From contig CM022670.1 of the NCBI GenBank assembly GCA_012295275.1, positions 31,496,001-31,560,000 on the forward strand: a DNA stretch of 64,000 nt, in the 5' to 3' direction. The first letter of the stretch is position 1, and the number at the start of each line of letters is the position of its first letter. The position numbers were made by a program, and so were the translations under genes. The notes under the pieces are model-generated. The model did not search any database. It worked only from the letters and a program-made list of their open reading frames with translations, and was not told the origin of the DNA. Of this stretch, positions 1 to 22,584 are shown one piece after another. Origin of the DNA: Chrysomallon squamiferum. Its lineage: Eukaryota; Animalia; Mollusca.

Positions 1-950
1 ATAAATAAGTATCATTTTTTTTTTTAAAAGAGCTTTCAAACCAAGATTGATTAGTAATTTTCTAACTTACAGAACTTCATGACATTATCTTCTTTTGCAT
101 TACTACATCAACAGTAATAGTAATTGATATCCAAAATGAAAAAAATTACTTAGTGTATGAAATTAAAATGGAAAATGAAAGAAACTATTCATTTACTGTG
201 GACAAGAGGTCTCATTCTATTACTCTGCCCACCAAGACAGCTTACTGTGCCTTTGCAATTCTTGATTTCCTACCAATTTGCAGAAGTCATTGGGATGAAG
301 TGGAAAAAAAAATTGAAATAAATGGCTACACAATAAAGGTGTTCATAATACCTGTGAACCTCTATTTGAATAAACTGATTCTCTAAATCTTTTGTAACAA
401 TATTTAACCAACAATGTCATAAAAAAAATATAAAATAAAAAATACTGATCCTCTTACATATGAATATTTTAAAAGGTTTTATGAACATTTTCAATCAACA
501 ATAAACAGCATTTTTTTTAGAAACAAATGTAACCCATCATACTGAATGAAGTCTTAAGCTGCATTTTGACTGACTGAAGTAATGAACATTTTCTGTTTCC
601 TGACTATAGCTCATTCATCCCTCTATCACACTTGGTAAAGTTGGCAAAAATACCTGCCGTTTTTTCTGAAAGATGGCATCCACAAATAACAGTATGCATA
701 AAAATGTTCTAGAACACACCTTATGATTCATATCTTTCAATGTTTTTCTCTGCATCAAAGACAAAAAATAAATAAATATCAAAATGGTGAATTTTTATCA
801 CTTCACTATTGTTGGCCATACTCTTAAGACCTGGTCCAATGTGATGAGTAAAAAATGTACAATCATTCTCTCTAAATACTACTACTCATTTGTAGTTAGG
901 TTTTCTGAAGTAGGTATTTTACAGTATTCAAGTAAAAATCTAATTTCTTA

Positions 951-10463
<9,513 letters not shown>

Positions 10464-11396
10464 GATGTACTCAACAATGTAATAATAACTTCAACGGAGA
10501 GAAGCAAGAAGTAAACTGTTCGTGTTTGTCAAATGGCGTCGTATTTAAGTCTCGATAAGCTGGTAATTGTAATCGCGCTACATTGACAACGCCAAAGAAC
10601 CGAAAAATACCTAAAGTAATTACAATCCTTTACATTTTGTTTGAATTAATGTTTGAGAGCATTTGCCTGATTTTAAGCGTTTACATTTGTTATATTATAC
10701 ATCTACATTGTTTTAACAAAAAGAAATACACTAAAATGTTTCACTTTATATATATATTGTTTATCAATTAAGTTAGATACGGTAAATTGGTGAATATTTA
10801 TTATTACTGTAACTTGTAAGCGTAGTCATTACTTATAAAGTAATAATACGGAATAAGAAATAACTTGAAACCAAATGTAAGTAAATTATATACATTTTAT
10901 CTTTAGGTACAGTTAAATTTAAGGATAGATTTAAATTTTAATAACATTTGTTAATTAAACACTAGTATTTCTATAATTTATTTCAAAGACATGATATTAT
11001 TATTATTAATTAATTAATTTATTTATTTTCTTCTTATTATTATTTTGAAAATAAATATATTCCTGTCCGTGTATAAAGTCATATTCATCTTTTGCACTGT
11101 TTTGGTAATCAAGATCGCAGTTTCACGTGTCATAATACAGTGTTGATTTTTAATATTTTTTCATTTAATTAAAAGTTCAACTATTTAGAAAATAAAATAT
11201 TATATGAGGGAAATGATAGAAATTTGTTTTATTATTATTCTTTTGATGAGCAATTAATTGTTATTAATAGCTATGATGTCAGAGACCAAAATACTTTCGA
11301 CTGGTTAACATTCCATTTTTATTCCTGGAGAACTTTTAAAGGTTTCTGGTGTACCGAATTGTAATTACATAAACATTTATTGTTATTGAGACTAAA
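10464..11396. promoter_or_regulatory. Divergent (bidirectional) promoter region VCP/LEPROT
   Basis: ATGs face away from each other about 930 bp apart. CpGs are locally retained, with a YY1-like AAATGGCG at 10531. Confidence 0.6.
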
Positions 11397-11804
11397 ATGG
11401 CCGGCATTCGGGGTGAGTGATTGTCATGTGGTAAATAATAAGTTTATCGTCAATGAATTAAGGTTGAAATGTTTTTTCTCTGCTGTAATTACTGACAGTC
11501 AGAATATAAAATGAATACAAATATCGAAACTCATTTATTATTTGTATTCATTAATTTCATAATAAAATAACTATTTTTGTATTGAACAATACTAAATTAT
11601 TAAATAGTAAATTACTTACTACAAGTATTAATACTATTACGTTTTATTTTTCATTCATTAAGTGCCTTTGTCATTATTGTAGTGGACATATTAATATTCC
11701 GTGTTTTTAATTTGATGTTTAATGTTATTTTATCGCATGAAAACATCATCAGTTTTATATTCCCATATGTACCAATTACTGCAAGGATTTGACAGCTCCT
11801 AAAA

Positions 11805-11843
<39 letters not shown>

Positions 11844-14800
11844 TTAATCTGTTATATATAACGATGCATCACATGTTCCATTCAGTTCACTAGCATTCAT
11901 AAGGTATCGATTTATAACATACAAATCAGGCTTGGAATATAAGACAGTGTTTACTAGAACCAAACAACAAAACAACAACAACAACAACAACATCAAAGTA
12001 AATTTCTGAAGTAAATGTTAATAACTACAAATTAGAAAGGCAATATCTTGGGAAAAGATTATTTCTATTTACTCATTATGACCTGTTTATTTAGTAACTG
12101 TAATAAAAATATCCATATGGTATATGTTAAGGAATGTTTTGCCTTTACATTTATGTGTCTGTTATAAACAACCAAATTATATCATTCACTAGTTGTTTTA
12201 AAAAGTTGTCATTACTAACAGTATTTGTACTTGTATATATATTAATAATAATGATTCTCTGATTAGATCCAAAAAGACAGTTACATCAAATTATAGTTTA
12301 AATGCAGACAAAAATGATTATAACTTGTTTGCCATTGCCATCCAATTTAGCATATATATATATAGTTTACATGCCAAAGTAGATTCATGATGCATAGATC
12401 ACATGCCAAAGTAGCATCCAAAAATGTTTCAAAGAAATGTGCAGAGACAGAAAATATTCATATACATTTTAATCAACTTTAAAATAAAAATGATACATTG
12501 ATAGTTTATAAAACAGCAGTTCAAACCTTGAGGTGTTTCTTTCCAATAAGAATGCTTTTATTAAAAATAAAATATGTCAGTAAATTAAATTTTCAGACTG
12601 AAAGAGAGCAACATTTTTATAAAATTTGAAGTGAGATTTGAAATATTGTAGAATTTGTAAAGGAACATTGTTAAAAAAGATACAAATACTGTAATATTTT
12701 CAGGTCTGTTTTGTACCTTCGATTCTTTCTCCATATTATTAACCCAAACGATTTTACCCTTCCTCCAGGGTGTGATGCAACATCAGTTCTTATGAATTTT
12801 AGTTAACCAAACATAATTTATGTGTACTGTCATTTATTTATTTAATGGAATGATCTACACACATATTGAATTAGATAAACAGTAATTTATGGATGAACGA
12901 TTTGTCATTGTAAGGTAACACTCTTGCGTCCCTCGGCGGAAGAAAGAAAACTACTAAATCTCAGAATAATTTTTAATCAGCTTATTCTTAGAGTCATTAC
13001 TGAAAATCAAAATTCCAATTATAAAGATATGAATTAAATTAAATGTTCGTTTATTTATTTATTTATTTATTTATAAGGTATATTTCATTTAATTACATTA
13101 TATATATATATAATGTATATATGTACCCCAACTTCAACAAAGTCTTGGGGAAATAATATGTGGTTTTGTTTCCAACTCCGTTTTTTAATTATTTAAAAAA
13201 AAATCTTTTCAATAACAATTTTAATTTATCTTAACTGAGTATTTAGTATATGTAGACTATTTAAAGCAGCATGAAAGTAGCTAAAATTTTGTAAATTAGT
13301 TACTTTAATAAAGGAAATTAGAATCATATTATTGCATTATGAAGTTCAATTACATCTCAACATTTGAAAACCTGGTGTATAAATGTCAAAAAAGTTTTAC
13401 AATAAATTTGTTTTGTCCTTATTTTTGTTATATTTAATTTAATTATAATCTGACTTTTCTAACTCGGATCATCATTGTAAATACAAAATGTAGAATTTTC
13501 AAAATACATTTAATTAGGACAAGGCACATTAAATTATTAAATGAATGTTTATTTTCAGTAAGAAAAAGAGACTGATTATTTCACAATGCCCGACAATTCA
13601 CAACCAAAATGATGTTATTGCTAAAACAGTAAAAATATAGTCATTGTACTGAATCTTTAATTAATGTGCACTATGAACATCACAATCAAAAAAAAAAAAA
13701 AAAAAAAGAATATAAAAAAATAAATTAACAAAGAAACCAATAAATTAATAGGAATAATAATATAAAACAGAAATTAAAAAAAAAAAAAAAATCAACCCTC
13801 TTTTTAATTTTTTCGTTTTGTATATATACTCGTAAATAACACAATTGAAATGCAATTACTTGATGTTCACCTTCAGAATCGTTTATTAATAATATGTTAG
13901 AATCAGTTGTTTTCAGTCTGAATTCCAAAGTTTTTAAACTTCTCGTTCTAGCGGCCTTGCGCTCTAATAGGTTTTCCCGATTGGAATGAAATTTCTAGTA
14001 TGAAAAACGAAATTACCATTTTCAAAATAAATTTTTCCAGTAGTTATATGTCGGTAATTGCAATTATATATTCCCAGTATCAAAATACAAATATTTTTAC
14101 TAGTTATGGTTAAAGTTGACAACGTAAAATGTGTTTCATATATTAAAATGGGTGCTGCTTTGGCGTGTGATCTACCCGATCAAGTAATCTATACTGAGAA
14201 AATTCTACGCGCTTATTTTATTTCAATTACTATTTGATTTATTCTTTGGTTGTTGTTATTTTTTGTTTCTTTTTTTATATATATATATAATTTATCGATG
14301 AATTAAGCGTGAAGTTGGCAGGATTTCGCCGTTTTCCCTTTTCTTCGACCTTTCTTCACTTCACCACCACAGTGACATTTCCTTTATCGTCGCCATTTTT
14401 TTAAAGTACCTAACACGCCAATGTAGTTTCACGACGCGTAATTTACATGCCAAAGTAGATTCATGACGCGTAGATCACACACCAAAGTAGCACCCGAAAA
14501 TGTTTCACAGAAACGCGTGAAGACGAAAAATATTCATATGCATTTAAATTTTTATTTTAATCCATTTTATATTTTTAATGTACTTTAAAATAAAAATGAT
14601 AGTGATAGTTTATAAAACAGCAGTTCAAACCTTGAGGTGTTTCTTTCCGATACGAATGCGATTATTAAAAATAAAATGTCAGTAAATTAAATTTTCAGAC
14701 TGAAAGAGAGCAAAATTTTTATAAAATTTGAAGCGAGATTTGAAATATTGTAGAATTCGTAAAGGAACATTGTTAAAAAAGATACAAATACTGTAATATT

Positions 14801-17306
14801 TTCAGGTCTGTTTTGTACCTTCGATTCTTTCTCCATATTATTAACCCAAACGATTTTACCCTTCCTCCAGGGTGCGATGCAACATCAGTTCTTACGAATT
14901 TTAGTTAACCAAACATAATTTATATGTACTGTCATTTATTTATTTAATGGAATGATCTACACGCATATTGAATTAGATAAACAATAATTTATGGATGAAC
15001 GATTTGTCGTTGTAAGGTAACACTCTTGCGTCCCTCGGCGGAAGAAAGAAAACTACTAAATATCAGAATAATTTTTAATCAGCTTATTCTTAGAGTCATT
15101 ACTGAAAATCAAAATTCCATTTATAAAGATATGAATTAAATTAAATGTTCGTTTATTTATTTATTTATAAGGTATATTTCATTTTTTATTGAATGTAGAG
15201 AATCAGTTTTAATTATGACATGTTCCTTTATTTCCTCACTGCCGTCATAAATATATAGATCCTGAGTAACCTGGCAGTTACTGTTTTTCGTTCGTCTACA
15301 AGATTTGGGGCATAATTAGATCTTAGTTACATTACTGTTTACGCATTTTATAAAATTAATCTTCTTTGTATTTACAGTAAATAGAATTTATTTATTTTTT
15401 TATTATTATCTTTTAAAATTATTATTATTAATTTGTTTTGATTTGAATAGATAATTTTTTTCATTTCTTTATTATTTTGTCGTCCAATCAGAATGTTTGA
15501 TCTGTAGGCTTGTAGTTAGACGGTGCGCTATATACGGTTTCTCATGAATTTGTTTTCTTTTTGTTTTAATTGAAATATAATTTCTCATATGGATCCAGTT
15601 TATGGTTGGTAATAATTTCTGTGGTTTTATCAAATTATATTTCTTAAGGTAGAGAAAACAAAAAAGATCAGAAATTTTCCTAACCAAACTGCACTTGACA
15701 ATTATTGAAATCATTTATGCGTATGCTAGTCCTAATTTTTACTGGTGTCTCAAATATAATTCAATTATTTTTAAATTTAATACAAACGAATAAAATAGTG
15801 ATAATTATTTTCAGTTATTAGTCTTTATATATGTTTTTTTTTTTTCTTTCCATATCCTGTTCTCGATTTCAACATGGATATAAAATAATAGCGTAAGTAT
15901 TTGATTTTTTTTTTTAACCTGCATTTAAAAATGAAATCAAATATAAAAAAGTTGTTCATTATTGTTTATATAATAATAATTATTATTATTTGCATGTATT
16001 ATAATGCTACTTAATTATTAAAAGAGATTTGTTTCTTTAAAATGGATATAAATTATTACTTTTGAATTCAGTGTAAATACATACTCTGAAGACTGTAAAA
16101 TAAATTATTGAACTAATGTTTATTTTTTCCATTAGTTTGGTTGGGTTGGCTTTCTCAGCTGCAATAGGTGTTACTTTTTTGGTTCTGGGATGTGCTCTTC
16201 CAGACTACAAGTAAGTTCAATTTATTTTTCTTGATAATTTTTGGTGATACATTTTATTGAATAAATATGCTTTTTATATTTTTTATTTTTATAATTATTT
16301 TGTTTTAAATATGCTATTTTTGTTAAAAAAAAGAAAGAAATACAAAACGAATTATTTTTAAAAATTGCTACACATTTATTCTTATTTGAAAATTCAATTT
16401 AATATCTGCAAATGTTTACTCTGAAGTCTGATTAGACCTAACTATCTAATTTTTCTTCCAGCAACTGGTGGCCTATGTTTGTATTATTTTTTTATGTACT
16501 GTCGCCTGTCCCCACAACAATTGCAAAAAGACTGGCAAGCAGTTATGAGTCTTCCAGTGCCTTAATTGAATTGTGCACCTTTCTCACAACTGGCATTGTT
16601 GTCTCAGCTATTGGGCTTCCTTTGGTTCTGGCACATGTTAATGTGGTTAGTTTTCTTATTTATAATTAAAACAGTTCTGTTTTAGGTTTAAATTATTTTT
16701 AAATATTTGAAAAAAAAAACCTTTATAAAAATGAAAAGCTTTTCATTATCTTAGACTGCAATGTTATATTTATTATTAAATTATTATTTGTTAAAAAGGT
16801 ATTGAAAATAAAAATATTATTTTAGAACCGATTTATAAAAGAAAAAATATTAAAAAGATAAAAGAAAAAAACACTTCAAAAATGATGATTTAAAAAAAAA
16901 AATGAAATGAATTAAATGAATTAAAATGTACGTGATAGTTTAGAACCAATGTAGTCTTAGGTAAAGAATGCTGTTTTCAAGATAATTAATGCTGAAATCA
17001 AAGTATAGAAAAACAAATTTAAAGGCATACCCACACATTTTTCACTAATATTTAAACAACTGGACTATTCTTTGACATCATCTATAGCTGTATGACTCAA
17101 AGCCATTTGTTATTTCTTTGAGATTAAGCCACTCTGGTTTTGCAACTTAACATGTTATTTTTTCATCCTAAATAACAATATTATACTTTCAGATTCAATG
17201 GGGAGCCTGTGCTCTTGTGCTTGCAGGAAATGTTGTTGTATTTCTTACAATATTGGGATACTTCTATGTATTCACCAATGATGATTTTGACTATGGTATG
17301 TGGTGA
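11397..17306 (+). CDS. LEPROT: Leptin receptor gene-related protein / endospanin / VPS55 family, 129 aa, 5 coding exons including a 1-nt exon
   Basis: Exons 11397-11412 (16 nt), 15892 (1 nt), 16136-16210 (75), 16462-16645 (184), 17193-17306 (114) total 390 nt. Protein [48 protein letters not shown]...[19 protein letters not shown]...[23 protein letters not shown]...DYGMW*, a typical 4-TM Vps55 pattern. LEPROT and LEPROTL1 cannot be distinguished. Confidence 0.95.
12366..13090 (+). repeat. Copy A of a ~730 bp direct duplication in LEPROT intron 1 (CpG-decayed)
   Basis: Near-identical to 14442-15184 and flanked by short (TA)n tracts. Confidence 0.9.
14150..14495. mobile_element. ~346 bp MITE-like element with 26-bp TIRs and 32-bp subterminal repeats
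   Basis: GGGTGCTGCTTTGGCGTGTGATCTAC (14150-14175) is the inverse of GTAGATCACACACCAAAGTAGCACCC (14470-14495) at 24/26. About 2.5 tandem units of ACAYGCCAA.GTAG.TTCAYGACGCGTA lie before the right end. Confidence 0.6.
14442..15184 (+). repeat. Copy B of the ~730 bp direct duplication (CpG-retaining)
   Basis: Near-identical to 12366-13090. Begins inside the right end of the MITE-like element. Confidence 0.9.
15892..15892 (+). CDS. LEPROT: Single-nucleotide microexon (C) of LEPROT/VPS55
   Basis: Context ...AATAATAG|C|GTAAGTAT with a long pyrimidine tract at about 15833-15870. Required to restore frame: G + C + T = GCT (Ala). Confidence 0.82.
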
Positions 17307-20300
17307 GACATGAGACAGGTACTGGGTGAGCAAATTAAAAAAAACAAAAAAACTCTCCAACATGTCAGTTTAAAATAAGGTTGCACTGGAAAAGACATTT
17401 GGTATACAGAATTAGGCAAGTCATAAGGGAAAAGCTGGAAATATGTACACAGCCTTTTTTCATAACATGGAAATGTTACCTAATATCATTCATTAAGGCA
17501 GTAATCAAAACTTTTGATAAGTAAAAAATACCATAACATTTAGAAACACCCAAACTACCAGTATCTGGCATTGTTCAGTCCATTGTCCAGTTTGATTGAT
17601 GTGTGCCACGTCTTTTTATTAACAATTTAAAAAATTAATATTTTCTGAAAAGCATTCTACCCTTAAAAAAAAAACCCCAAAACCAAAAAAAAAAAGAACA
17701 AGAAATGTTTTGTTTTAATAGTTAGTAGGATTGATAATCTTATTTTATTTTTATGTATTTCTTATTTTTGCTAACATTTTTGACATCACCAAAGAAAAAC
17801 AAAGTCATCTGTAATAGAAAATACTTATTAAATTAACATACTTAATAAATACTTAGTATGACTCACATGCATTGATAATTTGTAATATCATGGCTTGTAA
17901 ATGAGAAAACTTTTCATGCAATTAATGCTTGGTCTTCCACTTGTAGTATGATGCTGATAACTAATTAAACAAAACAAAATTTCCATTGAATCTGTAACAG
18001 CAGGTCTAATTAATTGTTAATGACATAACTGTAATGAATTATATTTTACAACATTAACTTAAAGTCACTGTCACTATCTGAGCAATCATGAACTATTAGA
18101 AGTGCAAAGGTAGAAAGAAATTTTAAAATATTGCATATAAACATTAAAATTAGTATGTATTAGACGCTAAGAATCTGAGCAAATGAAACAAAGTAAGAAT
18201 GGAAAAAATATGTTGGTTGACTTCTGATTTTTATTATCTTTTATTAATGAAAACATAAAAAAAAAAAAATGTAGCTTCTATTCATTTAAACAAGAATATT
18301 ATACTTCCTTTGTTTTTCAAAATAATAATATATGAAAACAAAATTTCTTGAAAGTAAATTATTTGACTTGTAAAATTGGTGTGCTGATACCCTTGTGTAA
18401 ATATTATCTAGATTAGTATATCAGTACACAGTACATTTTTCAGTTATTTATCTGGTTTTTGCAGTACAAGAATGTATAAAAAGATATAATTTTATTCTGG
18501 GAATGTGGCTTTTTAAATCTGTATATATATATATATTGCTTGTCTGTGCATTGATGTAACTGGTAAGATCATTTACCATACTCTTTTAACATGGTTTGAT
18601 GTAAATTTAAGTGCTCTGGACTATTATTTGGAGAAAATCAATGAATCTCACATTATGATCAAGATAAAATCTTTTTTTGTTTAATTGGTTATTATGTAGA
18701 ATTATAAGAACTTTAACAATAGCACACACATGCACATACACACTGAACCTAAAATACATTGTGGATTTTGAAGAAATAGAGATCAAGTGAAACTAAGACA
18801 GACATGTAAGTGTTTATTTCTTATTTTTTTCCTGCTAAATTTGTTAGATCTTTGTGAGAATTTTATCTGTTGCTGCAGTGTTTAAACTACAATAATATTC
18901 AAAACTGCTTAGATCCATGACATGAAAAAGTTGAGACAAATTACGGATATAAGAATAATATAATAAAACATTCTTGTACACTATTAATTTATAAATAACA
19001 AACAGGTGTAAATCGATATGTGTATATAATTATGTTAATATTTATTGCTTGTATCTATTCAATTTTTTGTTAAAAAAAGTAAATCATTTTAGTACATTAT
19101 TTCATCATTTTAGAGATTTAGAAAATCATGTTAAAAATTTTAAACTTATTATTGTAATAAATTTTAAAATCATATGGACATCCACTTAAAATGATAATAG
19201 TTGTCTGTAGTTTGACACTGGTTATGGATATCACATGCACATTTTACTGTTAATGGAGAGCAATAAATTGATAAATATATTAAAAATAATTTTTTAAATT
19301 GTTGACCAAAAAATAAAATTTTGGTTGCTCAGGAAAGCTATCAAAATTTTCAATTTTTTTTTTAAATTAACTTTCAAAAATAATATTTTTCAGATTAAAG
19401 ATGTACATTGTACATGGTTAAACAGATTAAATGTATTATAAGATACATTTGATGGTGTTAATAATTATTTTTAATAAATACCTGGTTGACTATTAACAAA
19501 ATCAGACAAGATAAAAAGAAAAAAGTAAAATGATTTTTTTTTTTCATTTTGCACTTATTTTGTTACATTAATGTAGTGTTAAATACATATTAAATTATTA
19601 CAGTCATTTAATATTGTTAATCTCTGCTTATAAATTATGGTTTAAAATGCTCATCAAAAAAGAAAACTCAATTGATTATAATAGAGCAATTAAATATGAC
19701 ATCATTTTATCCTTTACAGAATTTGTATCTTTATCATCATTCTCGTTTTGTAATAATATACAGGCATCTTGTTAATAAAATTGAAACAGCTCAACTTGTT
19801 GATATTTTTTTTAAACTTTACTATGTCATTTTTAAAATTTATCCTAGAATTAGGAACAGTTTAACATTGATGGTGAGGTTAGGAAATTTATCAGTTAAAA
19901 CAACTTATTATACAACACCATAAATGTTTTAATTGTGTATGCTTAGGGCTCATTTTGTTCTGTATCACATAATATTATGAATTATAAGAAGGGTAAACTA
20001 TGTGGGGGTTTTCTGGCAACATGTAAGACATGTTCAGAAGCTTAGAGTGAAAAAAGGATCACTGGAAAATTGTTGATGCTTATCTTTTATATTTATAAAA
20101 GGATTCACTCCAATGTGCCAAGAAAAGAAAATTGTTTCCATTTTTTTTTCCATTTTTATTCTTTCACCGTTATTCTGATTACAAACAGAAAATAAAATTC
20201 TTTAGACAAAATACGTTCAAAATCTATAACCTGAAAATAGTGAGTCCAACAATATAAAATAATTTTACATATATTCTTATCCCTGAAACAAGCCTGTATG

Positions 20301-22584
20301 TATAAATTTGTATTTAAGCCTATAAATACTATTTATTAATTAGGTTCAAAAGTAAAGCCTAATGGTTTTTCTTTAAAGCTGATCAATAACAGGAAAACCA
20401 TTTTAGGACATGATTGATATGTTTGTATTTTAAATTACACAACATGAAATAATACAATTACTTTTTGTAAATGGAATTTAAAAAGATAATTAATATGCAG
20501 TGCTTCATTAATATATGGTACATCATTTCTGGAAACAAATGAATGGTATTACTTGCACAAGTAATGAGCAGATCATAGCCTGTATAAAGAACTTGAGCTC
20601 TTGAAGGACCATTTTTTAGCTAAATTGTTAAGGTTAATAAAGCTCTGAAATGGATATAAATATTTTATTACTGTTAATACATACTTCATTATATTTCATT
20701 GTAGATCATATAGTTAGCCAAAAAAAAAAATTCAAGCAGAAAAATGAAACTGGGTATAAAAAATACGGACTATAAAATTATAGTAGTACGAGAACTTGAA
20801 TATAAATTTTGTGCCCAATTTTGTGCAATTTTTGATACTTCTGTCATCAAACAAAAATATTTTTAAAATAATATAAAAATAACCTTTTCTAATAATAATA
20901 AACAAATGTCCGGCTATTATTGGGGTGGCCTGTAGCCATCAACAAAAATAAATATTTCAATTCCCATTAGTAATATTGCCATACTCTAGCATCATGTTTA
21001 ACAAGTGCATACAAAAATGTAACAAACAGTATGTCAGCAATTCCAAATAAATGAAACAGAATTGGGTTTTCAACTAATGATTGTCACTGATTTTGGAGTA
21101 TCGGATTAAAGACTTGACTTTTGGTTAACAACCCACTTTCTGTAATTTGTATAAATAAAATACTTAGCTTCAAATACTGGCTGTATGTGGTCAAATTATT
21201 TTTTTAAAATCTGGAGTCTCAGATACATGTCCGAGATTAAAGAAATATCCTTACTAAGTAAACACATAATGTTGATGAAATGTTTTGATGAATATTCATT
21301 TTATGAGATTAATAATAACTGGTTATCTATTTATTAATTTTACTATTAAATCAATTGTAATTTAAAAAATAAAATAATAAAAGTAAAAACCATAAAAGAA
21401 CATGAAGGTAAACATTTGTATAATTCAGTTTTAAAATGAGCATTAACAATAGCACTTGCATTTTAAAAACAGGACCAAAATTACCTGCATTTTTCTGAAG
21501 AGGATAACTTTTAACATACTCATTTTACATCTTAACAGGTTAAAAAACAAAATAGTAAAATAACTACAAAAGAAAATATTAAGAAAAAGTCAAACAGGTC
21601 ATTAAATGAAATATTTTATCATTAAAAATAGCAATATTACGTTGAATTTACAGTTCTTAAATATCTGGACCAAAATATTAATTTTCCAAAAGATATTTAC
21701 AAATAAGCTAACAATATAGATTTTTTTTTACTATTATTCATATTTTGACAAAGTTTAAATAAATTATCTTTCACATCTATTTTTTTACTAACATTAAAAT
21801 CAATTTTTTTAGAAACAACATGATCTGTTAGTCTTAATTACAACATGGCAAAAATCTAATAAACTATTTTAAAACAGACCTGTGAATTTAAAAAAAAAAA
21901 TTTAACATTCTACATAACACAATTTTTATTTAAAAAAAAAAAAAAAAAAAAAAAAAATTACCATCTGTTTATATTTTTTTAAAAGTTAGTGCAATGAACT
22001 CTTCTACTAGCTTTTAATTACTTAGTAATATTTTTTTTAGAACTATTTGAGAAATGTCATATAAATAGTGAAAAATATAATTTAAAAAAATATAAACATA
22101 CTACCATTTTTTGGTTTAGAGTATTATTTAGAATTTTAAATATTTGTAAAATGTTTTGCAAATTAGGTTCTCATTCACAACATACCCTCTGATACTTTTT
22201 GTTTGGAAACTGTGTGGAAAATAATACAATACATTTAAACAGATATGCAATATTGTGGTTTTCATTGCTGAAAAAAACAGGTAAACATTTCTAACTGAAT
22301 AATGACTTAATCCTTTTCCTCTTTCAGTCAATATTGCACTATTTGGTTCTTTAATCCACAATGATTATTTTATGTTTATGTTTATGCAATAGTTTGAAAT
22401 TTGTTGTATTACTAATTCATACATTTTTTCCCCTATCTTTGTTATATTTTACATATGAAACTGCATATAAATTTCAATTTAGCACTCTATATTATTTTTA
22501 ATACAATACTAATACAATTGTAATGGGTAATATAGGTCTCATCACTGTCAGATTAGTTTAGATGTGAAATGACTGTCATAATAT

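Noticed and set aside
841-908. GTGATGA...CTGA box C/D-like pair
   Set aside because: It is on the strand opposite the VCP host transcript and has no terminal stem.
15852-15860. ATATCCTG resembling a U12 (AT-AC) donor
   Set aside because: It lies inside the pyrimidine tract with no exon upstream, and the gene closes in frame with GT-AG introns only.
15874-15888. ATG GAT ATA AAA just before the GTAAGT donor as an alternative LEPROT first exon
   Set aside because: It is followed immediately by TAA TAG in frame. The donor is better explained by the 1-nt exon.
17307-22584. Possible extra gene between LEPROT and ACSS2
   Set aside because: Very AT-rich with no coherent exon chain, consistent with convergent 3' UTRs and intergenic DNA.
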